Positions 50,651-63,731 of a DNA stretch of 64,000 nucleotides are shown here, in pieces. How positions within the stretch are numbered: position 1 is the first letter of the stretch; every line of letters starts with the position of its first letter. The notes below the pieces were generated by a model that did not search any database, was not told the DNA's origin, and saw nothing but the letters and a program-made list of their open reading frames with translations. The DNA comes from Leucoraja ocellata (taxonomy: Eukaryota), in NCBI GenBank assembly GCA_036785375.1, contig JAWMAR010000013.1, positions 992,001-1,056,000 on the forward strand, given 5' to 3'. A program made the position numbers and the translations under genes.

Positions 50651-50804
50651 CCATTAACTCAGTGTTTCCATATTAAAAGCAAATCTCAAATCTACTATCT
50701 AATGATTTGTTTGTCAAGTCCCACTTTCCTGATTCTCTTTCCTTGAAGATTCCTAATTTCTACCCTAATCGAGCCCCAGTTTCTCCTTTCAAATGTGTAC
50801 TCAC

Positions 50805-50864
50805 GGTGCAAAGAAGGACACCCATATTTGATTGTGAAAACTCCAGAAAAGTTTGCTTTCTTGC
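50805..50864 (-). CDS. DDX31: DDX31 exon (ARKQTFLEFSQSNMGVLLCT)
   Basis: ctctgcag/gtgagt, 60 nt. Confidence 0.95.
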
Positions 50865-52375
50865 CTGCAGAGTAACAGAAACAGAAACTATTGTCACAAC
50901 CAGTGTAAATGACATACCTAAATCAGTCACCATAATTCAGTTCAAACAGGGATAGTAGTTTTGATTCACTGCAATTTTCTCATTAAATTATACAAATAAA
51001 CCAACTTTTCTAATTTAAAAAAAAAATCACTATCACATACCAAATCACCCTACAAGTTATGGGAACAGGACTCGCAATCCCATCTCCATCCAACTATCGG
51101 AAATTTTGAAAAAGTATTATTTTTATCATGTAAATATCTGGAACAAAGTAGCTAGTGAATGGAAACAACATCCACGTTCTTCTGGTAATAGAGTTAGATT
51201 GGAGAGATTGGGCAACTGAGGAATAAGTCTCAGGAAGCAGCAAGTGACAATAGACAATGGCAGCAAGAGGAATCCCACCGTATCTAAAATGCTGCAGTAC
51301 TTCCGCTCAGCAGTACCATATGGGGTATGCTATTTAGCTCCATTGAAGCTCTAATTTGAAGACATAATGCACTAATTATACTCAGGGTAATAAACATTAA
51401 AATTCCTCCCCTGACACACATCCACTTAATCTTTGCTAGATAACAGCTGGTCAGGGTGTGTGCGGCCTACATACCCGGCCTGCTCTGACTCGTGAACTAC
51501 AATAGTTGCAATGGGCAGCAAATCTGTCAGGCCAGATCTCCATTACCTGAAAAAAAATTCTCTCTGTTCCAGACCACATCAACAATGACAATCACAGAAG
51601 TGGGGTTCAAGCAATGGAGGTCTGGAACATTTTCCCGATTAGAAATCTCAGAATTTAAAATGTTGATTACATTCGCACTTTTAAAGTAAGACAGATAGAT
51701 GATGTCCATGGTCAAGCCATGTTTGTGATCAACTATTTCAGATTTCCCAAATGATTATGTTAGATATGCTGCCAGAAGTTTTCATATTCAGAACATGATG
51801 AAAGTAGAAAAGTATCGAAGATATCACACCGCTTAAACAGATTGAAAGCCATGCTACAGGTTTTCACATCGGTGAAATCAACTATGGCAAGATAAATATA
51901 ATGTTCCTTATTTTGTGGGATAATTCCTTCCACTCAAAATGATTTTCTTCACCTGCCAGAGACAGAGCTCTGCAATACTCTGAGGTTTTCCCTTTCACAG
52001 TCTAGCCAACAAGCAGCAAGTCTCAATAACTGGGGATTTTCTGCAACCATTTAAGTGAGATCCAATGGCTGTCTGGCAGCCTGCTGTTGCACATCACACA
52101 CTTTACCGTGATGCTCCTTCCCTGCAGTTCCCCACACAGAGAGTTTCTGATCTCACCCATGCAGTCTGGGTGATAAATATTAGAAGCAACCTCGGTACTT
52201 CTGCATGGTTCTTAGCAGCTGTTTCAAGAGTAGCACAGGCAGAGGTTGTGGAAACTGCCAGGGTTATTGAATGGTGTTGGGTTGTGGAGAATCAAAGGAA
52301 GCAAAAGTTAAATCATTTCCTAATGTCAGGTGTCAGTTCTTTCAAGCCTTAACACATAAATAGCAGCACACTCAC

Positions 52376-52552
52376 CTCCTGTTCCATGTTCCCATGCAAT
52401 CGCAGAAACAGCATCTTACAAGCTGAGAAAGGTAATTGTTTTTGCTCCTTGCTGGCAGAATATGAAGTAAAGGCGTTTGTGAAAAGGTTATAGTGAAATT
52501 CCACAGATTCGCAACTGGAGAAAAATATGATCATTTTCTGTTTCTTTTCAAT
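52376..52552 (-). CDS. DDX31: DDX31 exon, motif IV (IEKKQKMIIFFSSCESVEFHY...FLRLHGNMEQE)
   Basis: ctttttag/gtgagt, 177 nt. Confidence 0.96.
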
Positions 52553-52779
52553 CTAAAAAGAACAAAATGATTTGTTAGACATCAAACATGGCGGGAAACA
52601 ATGTTGCTTCTATTGCTTGTGATGGGCACGAGTTTTACATTATGTGTGTATGATGATGATGATGTGAATAATAACATTTTGTTCTTCAAAGTAATGGCCT
52701 TGAAATCAAATTTTAATGTAGCTGGCATTAGAAATTAGAAAATTGAATGAAATTTTAATATCTTTCTAATGACCACAAC

Positions 52780-54100
52780 ATTTCAAACTGTCATGGTGGA
52801 ATATATCTTGTGGATTATGAGCCAGGCCAGCGGTAAAAGTGTTCAGAGACATTTTTAACCTCTCCCTACTACATTCTGAGGATCTCATCTGCTTTACAAA
52901 GACTGCAATCATCCTGGTATCAAGGAAAACCAATGTAGCCTTAAAAACTGCTGTCCAGTGTCTCTGACATCCACCATCATTAAGTGCTTCAAGACGCATA
53001 TCAGCCTCCCAGAAAGCCTTGATCCACAGCAGTTTGCCTACTGTTGCAACTGGTCCACAGGAGAAGCCATCTTCCTGGTTCTACACTCATTACTGGAACA
53101 TCTAGATGACATGGACATCTGCTCAGACTCCTATTTATTGCATATAGTTCCACCTTCAACAACATAATCCCAAACAAACACATGTCCAAACTCCTAGACC
53201 TAGTCATCAGCACCCCACCCCCCCACCCCCCCCCCCCCCCTCCTCCCCCCCCCCCCCGCTCCCCCTCCGCCACTGGATCCTTGTCTTGACCCATAGGCCT
53301 CAAATCAGTGGGGATAGACAAAAACACTTTCTGCATGATAATTCTCACCAACGGTGCCCTGCAGGGATGCATTCTGAGCTCCTAACTATACTCCCTATAC
53401 ACTCATGACTGTGCAACCAAATTCTGCTCCAACTTCATTTACAAGTTTACAGATCACACCGTAGTGGGGATGAGACCGAGTAAATGAAGGCATTGGAGAC
53501 ATGATGTCAAGATAACAATCTCCCGTTCAATGTCAGGAAGATGAAGTAGTTAGTTATTGACCATGCAGCGAGTCGAGGCACGTGCATCAATGGCGTCGAA
53601 GTGCAGCTGGTCGAGAGCTTCACAGCTTGGTTTGGCTACAACTATGCCCAATACTGCAGGAAATTGCAGACAGTTGTGAATGCAGCCCAGTCCGTCACAC
53701 AGGCCAGAATCCCACCCATTAATAGGCAATGCATTCAGGGATCCTTTTCCCCCTAATCATCCCCTCTCCTGTCAGACAGAAGATACAAAAGCTTAAAAGC
53801 ACATCCCACCAGAATGAGAAACAGCTTCCTCCCCACTCTTATCAGACTACTGAAACATCCTCCTATATGCTAGGGTATACGTCTGATCTTCCAACCTACC
53901 TCACTGCGGACATTGGACATTTTCTTTGTAACCGAAGCATTATAAAGCTCGAACACTATATCTGCACTCTGACATTTTTCTGTTTGCATTACCCGCTGTA
54001 TTTTTGTATGGCTTGATTGTACTCATGTAGAGTATGATTTGACTGGATAGTGTACAAGCAAACGCTGTTCACTGTATCTCACTCCATGTGACAATAATAA
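52780..54100 (+). mobile_element. Rex1/Babar LINE fragment (degenerate RT and 3' end)
   Basis: LTSTIIKCF, LDPQQFAY, GALQGCILS, IYKFTD remnants; GTGACAATAATAA tail. Confidence 0.8.
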
Positions 54101-54172
54101 GTCAACACTAAACATCGGTATTACTTTTGTAATAACACTCAGAACATCATAACATTTAAAAACAATTCTTAC

Positions 54173-54405
54173 TTTGAATTTTCCGAGTATGAACGCTGAA
54201 AGTGTGACCAGCCGCAGTTTGCTGGGAATCAGCACCATGAACTGTTGCAGCTGGTCTGGAATTGAATAACTGTTGGAATCTTTTTCAATATTCTTATGCT
54301 CAGTCTTCATTTCATTTGTTGCAAATGTAGTCTTGCATTGGTTGGTTTCAGTGATGCTAATATTAACTGGGTCTTTTAAACTGATTCCAGCTAATCGATT
54401 CACTC
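54173..54405 (-). CDS. DDX31: DDX31 exon (GVNRLAGISLKDPVNISI...IPDQLQQFMVLIPSKLRLVTLSAFILGKFK)
   Basis: tacctcag/gtaaga, 233 nt; inside ORF 54023..54427. Confidence 0.96.
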
Positions 54406-55120
54406 CTGAGGTAGAAACACAGACCATTTAGAAAAAAGATTGAGGTAAAGGCTTACATTTTGCGTTTGATATTCGAAATCTCTAAAGCACTCCATTTTAT
54501 AAACTGCTAAATATTATTCCAGACATGGAGCGTGCTTAGTGTCTGTGAAATAAAATCATCAGAGCAACAGCAATGTACTGGACATCTTCAAAACTGAGTA
54601 TTTGATTTTATTTTTAAACTTTAATTTAGTTTATCATAGTTGTTCTTACATTAAAACAGAAATATCTCTGAAGATTAATACCATCTGACATTTTAATAGT
54701 TTTTACCATAGAAGTTTGAAGCGGCATCCCATAATGGCAATGTATACAAAAATACCAAACCAGAAAAAAGAGTACATTCCATCTCTCATTCCCAGGGAAT
54801 TAAATATACATGTATTCATTCTGGGGATATTAGACATGAACAAGTCCAGCATTTACTGCCTGTTGTTGTGCCTTTCAGAGGGTGTTGATAATAAGCCTTT
54901 TGTTTGAAATGTTATAATAAATATGACAAAGTCCCTCCTGCAAGGTAGGTAGGAAGTTGTTAGCTTCAACACAGCAATGAAAAAAGTAAAATTCATATTG
55001 CGTGGACAGGGAGTTAGCTCCAGTCAACTAACTGGAGCCAATACTAGCGCTGCACATTGGTGCTTCAATAGCTGTTTAACAGCAGCATCACAAGCTACTT
55101 CTGTACAACAAACATCTCAC

Positions 55121-55227
55121 CATCAGTCAGTGTGGCAGAGAGAAGAATATTTTGCCTCTTCACATTTGCTGCATTTAAAGCATTCAGGATGACAGCGATA
55201 TCCTTCTCAAAACCCAGGTCCAGCAAC
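55121..55227 (-). CDS. DDX31: DDX31 exon, motif III ([35 protein letters not shown])
   Basis: atcaacag/gtgaga, 107 nt, SAT motif; inside ORF 55095..55292. Confidence 0.97.
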
Positions 55228-55394
55228 CTGTTGATAGAGAACAAAATATAACAATTATTATTTTTCTTCATAAGATATTTTTTAAGTTTCACTCAGATGT
55301 TAAACAACAATAAGCAAACCAGTGGCAGAACTCAGTGGGTCAGGCACTTTCTGTGGAGGGAATTGGATAGATGTCACCCAAAATGTCATCTGCC

Positions 55395-55589
55395 AAAGAC
55401 AAGACGCAAAATGCTGGAGCAACTCAGCAAGACAGGCAGCATCTCTGGAGAACAAAAACAAATGGGTGACGTTTCATAGGAAACACCACCCATTCCTTCT
55501 CTCCAGAGATGCTGTCTGCCCTGATGAGTTACTCCAGCATCTTGCGTCTATCTTCAATGTAAACCAGCATTTGCAGTTCCTTTCTAGAC
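55395..55589 (+). mobile_element. Fold-back Penelope-derived insertion
   Basis: Long inverted arms; 12-bp TSD ATGTCATCTRCC at 55383-55394 and 55590-55601. Confidence 0.75.
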
Positions 55590-55944
55590 ATGTCATCTAC
55601 CGAGTTTTTCTAGAAGTCTTCTTTTTGATCAAGATTCCAAAATCTGAAGTCTCTTGAATCTCTGATATGTAACAATGATAGGAAGAGCTAAATGGTGCTC
55701 CTAAAACAACAAACCCGCAAATTAAGATTTGGAGATTGGAAGCATGATTTTTGAAAATTAGTTTCTAACTTGCTTACTTCAAATGACATCATCAGTTCCC
55801 ACAGCAACTCTTCATAAAAATGGTTTTCTCCAATGTTGCACAGTAAAATACAACAGAGACATCTAGTGGTTCTAAAACATACCGACAGAAGTGTATTTTT
55901 AAAAATCTTCGAGCTCCACAACCCCACCATGGAAAACTTCAACA

Positions 55945-56482
55945 TGCAGGACTGGGCAATCGTTTCGCTGAACACCTTCGCTCAGTCCGCCTGAACCTAC
56001 CTGATCTCCCAGTTTCTAAACACTTTAATTCTTCTTCCCAATCCTACACAGACTTTTCAGTCCTAAGTCTCCTCCATTGTCAGAGTGAAGCTAAACGCAA
56101 ATTGGAGGAACATCATCTCATATTTCGCCTGGGCAGCTTATAACCCAGTGGTATGAATATTGATTTCTCCAACTTCAGGTAGCCCCGGCATTCCCTCTCT
56201 CTCTATCCCTCCCCCACCCAAGTCGTACTAACTTCTCGTTTTTACCTAACAAACAGCTAACAATGGCTTGTTTCCTTTATCATCGTTAATTTTTTGCATA
56301 TCTTTCAATCATTGTTTTTTATTTCTCTACATCACCGCCTAAATCCTCCGTTTCCCTTATCCTAACCAGACTGAAGAAAGGTCTTGATCCGTAAACGTCA
56401 CCCATTCCTTCTCTCCTGAGATGCTGCTTGTCCCGCTGAGTTACTCCAGCTATATGTATCTATCTTTGGTCATTCCTGCAGT
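55945..56482 (+). mobile_element. Penelope-like element 3' portion: GIY-YIG endonuclease C-terminus, UTR and degenerate hammerhead
   Basis: 55952-56182 translates LGNRFAEHLRSVRLNLPDLPVSKHFN...KRKLEEHHLIFRLGSL*PSGMNIDFSNFR*; CTGAAGA..GTAAACGTC at 56371-56399. Confidence 0.88.
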
Positions 56483-56744
56483 CTGTCTATATTACATTCT
56501 ACAGAAAGATTCCGACACTGTTAAGAATATAACCCAAAAGGATTACTTGAAACACATTATATTGGCAAAGGGGTGGATTATATCTCTCAACATCCACTTC
56601 AGTAAGGGAACTGTACATAATGATAATGAGAAAGACATTCACATCCTTCTTTAGTATAATCCACAAACTTCATCTCCCCACAGCCACAAGTGCATGAAGA
56701 GTATCTTGCCTCTCTACTGAAGTGACTACACACAGATCAATTAC

Positions 56745-56864
56745 CTGTCAGCTTCATCAACAACTAGCCACTGTACTCGCTTAAAACAAATATTCTTTGT
56801 GTTTTTTATATGGTCCACCAACCGACCTGGAGTCGATATAAGAATGTTGATACCTTTACGTAAC
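56745..56864 (-). CDS. DDX31: DDX31 exon, motifs Ib and II ([39 protein letters not shown][R])
   Basis: tattccag/gtaatt, 120 nt, TPGRL and DEAD. Confidence 0.98.
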
Positions 56865-56987
56865 CTGGAATAAAAAGAATACACAAATCTTTAAGCGATC
56901 CGTCCAAATGGAACAATTTTTTCCTTAGCTTTTGCTTGACAAACTGATGTTTTATTTTCCTTGCGTTACCAAGTTTCCCAGACATAC

Positions 56988-57052
56988 CTGGCTTTCTCAG
57001 ATTTCCGCTTTTCTCCTCCCATCAGCACTCCTGGTACAATCCACATAAACGG
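56988..57052 (-). CDS. DDX31: DDX31 exon (PFMWIVPGVLMGGEKRKSEKA[R])
   Basis: tttaatag/gtatgt, 65 nt; GGEKRKSEKAR is diagnostic of DDX31/Dbp7. Confidence 0.97.
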
Positions 57053-58241
57053 CTATTAAAAGAATGAACAGCTAATGATGAGGTTGTCCAATAAAATTGT
57101 CAGGTAAGGCTGTAATCTGTACAATCAGTTTCAGTTCCTTTAATTAACGCAGGTTTCAGAAATTGTGGCATAGATATCATTAAAGAAATAAATGATCAAT
57201 GTGCATAAACACTGGTTAAACAGGATATAATTCTGACCATAATCCTACAGCAAAGGAACAGGGGAGAGCACACACAAGATCTGAAGGATACCAGAAACAA
57301 GTCAAAATAGCAGACGACAAAAAAAATGGACTCTCTTTTCTCGAGGGAAAATACGATAGAATGACTTATCTTAAGTTAATACAAAGAAGTGTTGTGTTTT
57401 GAAGCACTAAAATATAATTAAGTGAACCAAGACAAACACCAAAATATTCACCCTGAAACTTTGGCAGATAGAACATCGGCTCAGTAACAGTAAACAGAAT
57501 AGTAGAGAAGTGATGCTTTCTGGATTGGAGGGGTACATGCAAGGAAGTCCCCTGGTGTCAGTACCAGGATCATAAGTTTCTTATGTATGACTAGTCATCA
57601 TTTTGGGCAATTTATTTATCAATTAAACTATCAAGGGGTCAAACAAGAGTTTTGACTATTGCATCAATGTATGACAATAAACAGAATGGGGCCTGCACTA
57701 AATGACTTCTATTTAAATATTAATTCACATTGTAATTAGAATATAAACAGCCATATAGAATGGTATAGTGAATTATGGTAGCCATACAAGCATTGCACAA
57801 CAACGGTACATCAAAGACACAGCTGAGTAACCAGATATAGGGCCAATGTTTTGACAAGAAAAATAATACAAAGATGCAGATGATAGATATATTTTGCCTA
57901 TTGTTCACTTCTGCACCATTATTTAATTGTAGCATTCGCCAAATATTTCACAACTGGTGCCAAATTCAAATGTGGTTAGTTTACAACCTTTAATCAATTA
58001 TTTTTTAAGTTCTCAAAGGTGGGCTGTGTGCAGAAAATCAAAGGAAAACCACAACATCTGAACAATAGATGCCTCTCATTTCTTGGTTCTTTCTCACTTA
58101 AATATTTAAATATTTTCAAAAGTGATCCATCTTAATTGTCACACAATCGGCTCATGACATGCATGATCATTTGATCAACATTTCCAACAATGTTAATATG
58201 GAAATAATTATCAGTCTTCAATCCCAATTAAATTCTCTCAC

Positions 58242-58283
58242 CTTGATCAATTTCTGCACAGTAGCAAAGCTTTGCAGGGCCAG
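58242..58283 (-). CDS. DDX31: DDX31 exon (LALQSFATVQKLIK)
   Basis: (tc)n-atctag acceptor, gtgaga donor, 42 nt. Confidence 0.94.
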
Positions 58284-59342
58284 CTAGATAGAGAGAGAGA
58301 TAGAGAGGGGGAGAGGGGGAAAGATATTGACAATGTTTAATATCTCAGACCATACATACCATCTTTTCATTTAAACATCCTTAACGTCCAAGTTAAATAC
58401 TCTCGCTGAATGACCAACAAAGAACCATCTATAATGTCTCCAATTATTGCATCTATCCCTCCAATTAGCACACTACTCTTCTGTATGGAATGATTTCAGT
58501 AGACATGGTTAAATCCTCCTCTGCTGATCAGCAGCGATAGAAAATAGTCTCAGCAATAGGATAGGTGAGATGTGTACTGTGGGGATAAGTACATTTAAAT
58601 TCCCCAGATGTCAGGACCGGGACCACAAGTTTTCAGAATTGTAATGATTTGGACTTGGATGTAGTTAATATCTAAATCTGTAAACGGCACCAATAAAACA
58701 AAACGAAAATGTGGCTAAAGAAAGTTGTCTGGAGATAATGGGGAAACTGTGGCAGGTAAGCTTTAATGCCAAGTAAATTGTTACTTTTGGTAGGAAAAAT
58801 GAGGATGGGCAATATAAACTAGTGCATAATCCTCATAGAAAATCAAGAACAAAGATATCCAGGGGTATCTGTCTAGAGTTCATTTAAAGTAACAGTGCCG
58901 GTTAAGAAAGTAGTTAAAAACATATATGCACTGTCAGGCACTTAGTGGAGGCAGATTCCACTGGAACATCCTGTAAATAAAAAAGAACAAACTTGAACAT
59001 GTGTGAGGGTGAGACCGGGACTAAATGGATTTCTCTTACATTCAAGAAGCATGGACTCAATTGGCTGAATAGCCATCTTCCATGCTGTATCAAATTTGAG
59101 AAGCTGCAAGAAACCAAGAAGTGCACAGTGGTGCCATTCAGACGCTATTGAAGTTAGGATCCAGGCTTTTTGTTTGAAGCCTACGTTATTATGATGCTGT
59201 TTACTTTTAGACTTTGGGGATACAGCGTGGACACAGGCTCTTCTGACCACTGAGTCTGCACCAACCTGCATTTCTGGGAATAATACCGAAGGTTCAGGAT
59301 CAGTTCATTCCAAAGAGGAAGAAAGATTTTAAGGGGATTAAG

Positions 59343-59560
59343 AGGTGACTGTGGCTGACAAGGGAAGTGAAGGACAGTATAAAAAAATAAAAGAGAAGTA
59401 TAACATAGCAAAGATGAGCAGGAAGCCAGAGGATTGGGAAACTTTTAAAGAGCATCAGAAGATAACTAAAAAGGCAATATGGGGAGAAAAGATGAGGTAT
59501 GAAGGTAAGCTAGCCAAGAACATAAAGGATGATAGTAAAAGTTTCTTTAGGTATGTGGGA
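59343..59560 (+). mobile_element. Internal CR1 ORF2 fragment (endonuclease-RT linker)
   Basis: YEGKLAKNIKDDSKSFFRYV motif. Confidence 0.75.
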
Positions 59561-59641
59561 ATAACAAAAATGCAAAAAGTTACAGTCTAACCCAGAATTC
59601 CACAATTCAATATTGTTAAATTATTCAAATTGTTAAATTAC

Positions 59642-59686
59642 CTCTCTAGTTGGAACAATGACAATTGCATATGGTCCATCAATGCG
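59642..59686 (-). CDS. DDX31: DDX31 exon, motif Ia (RIDGPYAIVIVPTRE)
   Basis: tttaacag/gtaatt, 45 nt. Confidence 0.96.
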
Positions 59687-61299
59687 CTGTTAAATGGAAA
59701 CAAAAGAGAATGTTCAAACAACCAGTAATTTTTGGTGGTCAACGTGATGAATGATTTTCCTTTCCAATAATAAAATGTTAATTGATCGCATATGTAGGAG
59801 CTCCAAGAGGAACACACTTAATGACTGTAAATCTACATCCTGAAAAAAAAAGGCTAACCGGTTCCTGTTATCATTTTATCTACAATTCCTCAGCTAGGAA
59901 AGAGAAAAGAAAACAGCATATATATATGCAAAATAAAAAGAAACTCAAAGAAAGTTTATCACTAATCTCCAACTTATATTCTGAACCAAAATAAAATGTG
60001 ATAGCAGTCTAGCAGCTGTCAGAGCCGTTATTGGCTTTTCAATGATAAAAAATCGTCCTTACCACAGCCACGTTTGTTTTCTTGGTTTACCACAGCCATA
60101 ATTTATTCATTTTCAGGATCAGATCATAACTGAAACACCTATATTTTTTTACCATCCTGATCGCCCTGGATAACGTATTGATGAACTGCTACAGTCCTAC
60201 TGGCAGTGGGTAGAGAGTTCCAGGATTTAGACCCAGTGACAATTCTCCCAATGTAGACATTGGACTCCAGATGTTTGTGAGCACTTTGCAATGTTTACAA
60301 TATTCACTGGCTTGGGAGAAACTTTGCCATGTCAGAATTTAACAAGACAATAAAACACTCTTGACTCTTGTTCTCATCAGTGTCATGTTAGATTTTCTCC
60401 CCTAAGGGCATCAATGAATTAGACGGGCATTTTCAACCAACCTGCAATTTTCATTAAAATTCTTGTAATATATAATGCTCAGTAATATACATTATATCTT
60501 ATATACAACACTGACTTGTTTGTTGCTATTTACTATATCAAGTCTTTACTATTTTGGTATATCTACTCTAATGCAATTGATTCTGGACCCTGGGAATATG
60601 TCAACTTTAATTATACAGAAGATGGAAAATTGGGGAAAACTACATTTTCTTTCAAATGTTTACGAGATAAATGGAACAAAAATGTAGATGAATGCTAAGC
60701 AATGGAAGATCTCATCACTCACAAGTCTACAGTAACAGTACAAAATAAAAGCTTCACATTTCAAAATTTTGTAAAGATATTTAATTCAATATATAATACA
60801 TTGCTGCATGTAATGCAGAAAAAAAACAAATTATAAACTTCAAAGCAGAGGCAGAATAGTTTGGTTAAAGTTTCAATATATTTTACCATTTCAACAGTTC
60901 ATGTTTTGCATTAACTCTCACACACGCCAACTTTTACAGCCTCACACCATTGTAGCAGCTTCATTAAATTATATTAATTACTAGTTTAAAGTATGGTTTT
61001 TTAAATAGAATTATAATCTTGCGAGCCAGATCAACCATATTAAAGCAGTATATACAAAATTTCAATAGCTGCCCTGGAACTTGCTTAATATGTGTTTCAT
61101 GTTTGCTCATTGTCAACTGTAACTATAATCACTGCAGGGCCCGGTTTATCCCATTCACTTCCGTATACAGACCCATAAACAAACCACAACAGTGTCAATC
61201 TTTTTTTTTTTTAAGACTTCAAACTAGACTGTCTTTCAGAAAAAGACCTTTGATTGTCATAGTGTATCTTAACGATTTGAACATAATTTGTAGGGACTA

Positions 61300-62100
61300 T
61301 ATTTTGTAAAACTGCTGACAAAACTAAAACTGCCAGTGTGGTTGACAGAAAGGAAGACACCGGTAGTTCACGGATGTTGGATATATCAATGAACTGGTTA
61401 AGTGGCAAAAGTGACAAATGGAAATCAATCAAATTAATGCATATGGGGAGGCAACTAACCTAAAGGGATTCCCAACAAAATAAAGGGCAGCAAGTAGTAT
61501 AGAGGCATCCATACATAAACCAGGTACTGCAGTGATTTTATAGTTACATTCAACAATGAGCTAAATTTGAGAATGAGTTCCATGCATCTTGGAATGCATG
61601 TCCACAGATCCCTGAAGGGACAGGTAGATGTATTTAAGAAAGCATACAAGATATTTGCCTTTATTGCTCAAGGCATAGATTGCAAGAACAAGGTGGTTAT
61701 GTATAAAACATTTGCTAGGTCAAAGTTAGAGCACTGCATACCATTTTAGTCATCCCACTACATGAAGAATATAATAGCAAGGGAAAGCATGGAGATGGAA
61801 ATTACAACAAAGTCATCAAGGCAAGAGAATTCTGGTTTGGGCGCATGCTAGTTAACTAGGGTAGGTTTCTTTTGAACAAAGGAGATTTGGGGGAGATTTA
61901 AGTGGGGCGACTTACACAAGATAAATGAGAAGAAACTATTCTGCTTTCAGAGAGGACATTAATTGTGGTGGTGAGGGTGCGTGAGAAATTGGGCACTGAA
62001 TTGGAAATTGGTGGAAGAAATGAAAGGAGATTTAGAACTATTATTCCATGCAATAGGTAGTGGAAGTTACTACATGAAAGGACAGTGGAGAAGGAATCCT
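61300..62100 (+). mobile_element. Old CR1 fragment
   Basis: LGMHVHRSLK...YKTFARSKLEHCI. Confidence 0.7.
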
Positions 62101-62304
62101 GTAACAACCCCGTCACTTTGCATCTAAAAATATAAATTAAATAAAATTCAGCAATATTTTGCACGCACACTTTTCATGCACTTTAATTCTAGAATGTTAA
62201 TAATTAGAATTGTAATCTATACACAATGAAATAAACAGTAGACACTGTACAAAATTTAAAGATCACTCAAATATTTAATGATCAATAGTTAAAGTATAAT
62301 TTAC

Positions 62305-62369
62305 CTTTATTTTAGGTTGAATAGACTGCAAGGACTGGACCAGAGGAACACCAAATGCTAACGTTTTGC
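62305..62369 (-). CDS. DDX31: DDX31 exon (GKTLAFGVPLVQSLQSIQPKIK)
   Basis: atattcag/gtaaat, 65 nt, completes Walker A GKT. Confidence 0.96.
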
Positions 62370-62569
62370 CTGAATATAAACAACAACATTGAGACTGGGC
62401 AAAAACACTTGTTTTATCATGCATTCCCACCTTCAATCCTAGCCCTTCTCAAACTCACAAATTTTTTCCCTCCAAAAATCAGGCGCTGCTTACATATTAA
62501 TTTAATAAAATAGATGTAAAAATGTATCAAGTTTTTTGTAAACTTGCTGCATTTTGCTTCCAACCTTTG

Positions 62570-62980
62570 TAAAGAGGCTCACCGGGATGTTGTCTGGATA
62601 GGAGAGTATTAGCTACAAGGAATGGTTGGACAAACTTGGATTGTTTTCACTGGAGCGTTGAAGACTGAGGGACCGTCTTAGAGAAGTACATAAAATGATA
62701 GGCATAGATGGGATGGACAATAGGAGTCATTTTCTCAGAGTGGAAATGTCAAGTTCTAGAGCCCTTTGCTTTAAGGTGAAGAAAGTTTAATGGAGATTTG
62801 TGAGCAAGAATTTTTTTTCATACATAGGTGCCCGAAACATGCTGCCGGGAGAGGTGGTGGAAGCACATACAACACATGAACAGGCAGAGAATGCAGGCAG
62901 ACAGAATGTTAGATTGACATTATGGTCAGCACAGACATGGTGTGCTAAACGGCCTGCCCCTGTGCTGTTCAATGTTCTTT
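62570..62980 (+). mobile_element. CR1 3' fragment
   Basis: TTGGACAAACTTGGATTGTTTTCACTGGAGCG and CR1 tail. Confidence 0.75.
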
Positions 62981-63033
62981 GTTTGACCTACTGCCCATGT
63001 AAATGAACATTACATGTCTATCGTACTAATTAC

Positions 63034-63104
63034 CAGAGCCAGTCTGCGACTGCATCAGAGCATCCTTCCCCTCAAGCAGTACTGGAATCGCTTGCTTCTG
63101 AATG
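63034..63104 (-). CDS. DDX31: DDX31 exon, Q-motif and start of motif I ([23 protein letters not shown][G])
   Basis: tcgtgcag/gtaatt, 71 nt, DEAD-box Q-motif and SQTGSG. Confidence 0.96.
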
Positions 63105-63731
63105 CTGCACGAATAAAATAATTATGTAAAATAATTAATATTATGAAAGTGAATTAATATTGAAATAAACAAATAACACACTGTCAATTTAATATCTAAG
63201 TATTTGCAGTTACCAGAGAGATGAGAGTATTGTAAAGATTAAACCTCTGCACTAAAATTGAAAAAAGTCCAATTTCTGATCCTGACAGTCTATCAGCATT
63301 TTTTATTTTTTATCAGTTTTAAAACCATTTGCATTAAAAAAGCACCTTACCAAGTGAGAGAAACATCACAAAGGGCAATGAATGTGGGATTTATTAGATT
63401 ATAGATATAACGTGCTTGCTGAAACAGAAACCAAATTAACTGATAATGCAAATTTGTGTCTATATGTACATAAGTTTATTAAAAATCCTGTCTGGCGTTC
63501 TTATGAGATTTTGATGATAAAGCATTTGAATTTTTCATTAATAAAAATAGAAAATACAGAAGCGATCTGTTGTGGCAGGAACTGTCAAGTTATCAGCTTG
63601 CAAACTTTTCAAGAGAGCCTTGAAAACCAAACAAGACTCCTAGAGCCCAGGGTATTATTGAATAAGCACATTGGTATATCTACTGCAGGAAACAACCATA
63701 AATTAGCAATATTATGGAATCTGCTGCTTAC

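Noticed and set aside
52645-52670. ATGATGA as a C/D snoRNA box C
   Set aside because: It is a (TGA)n microsatellite with no terminal stem or suitably placed box D identified
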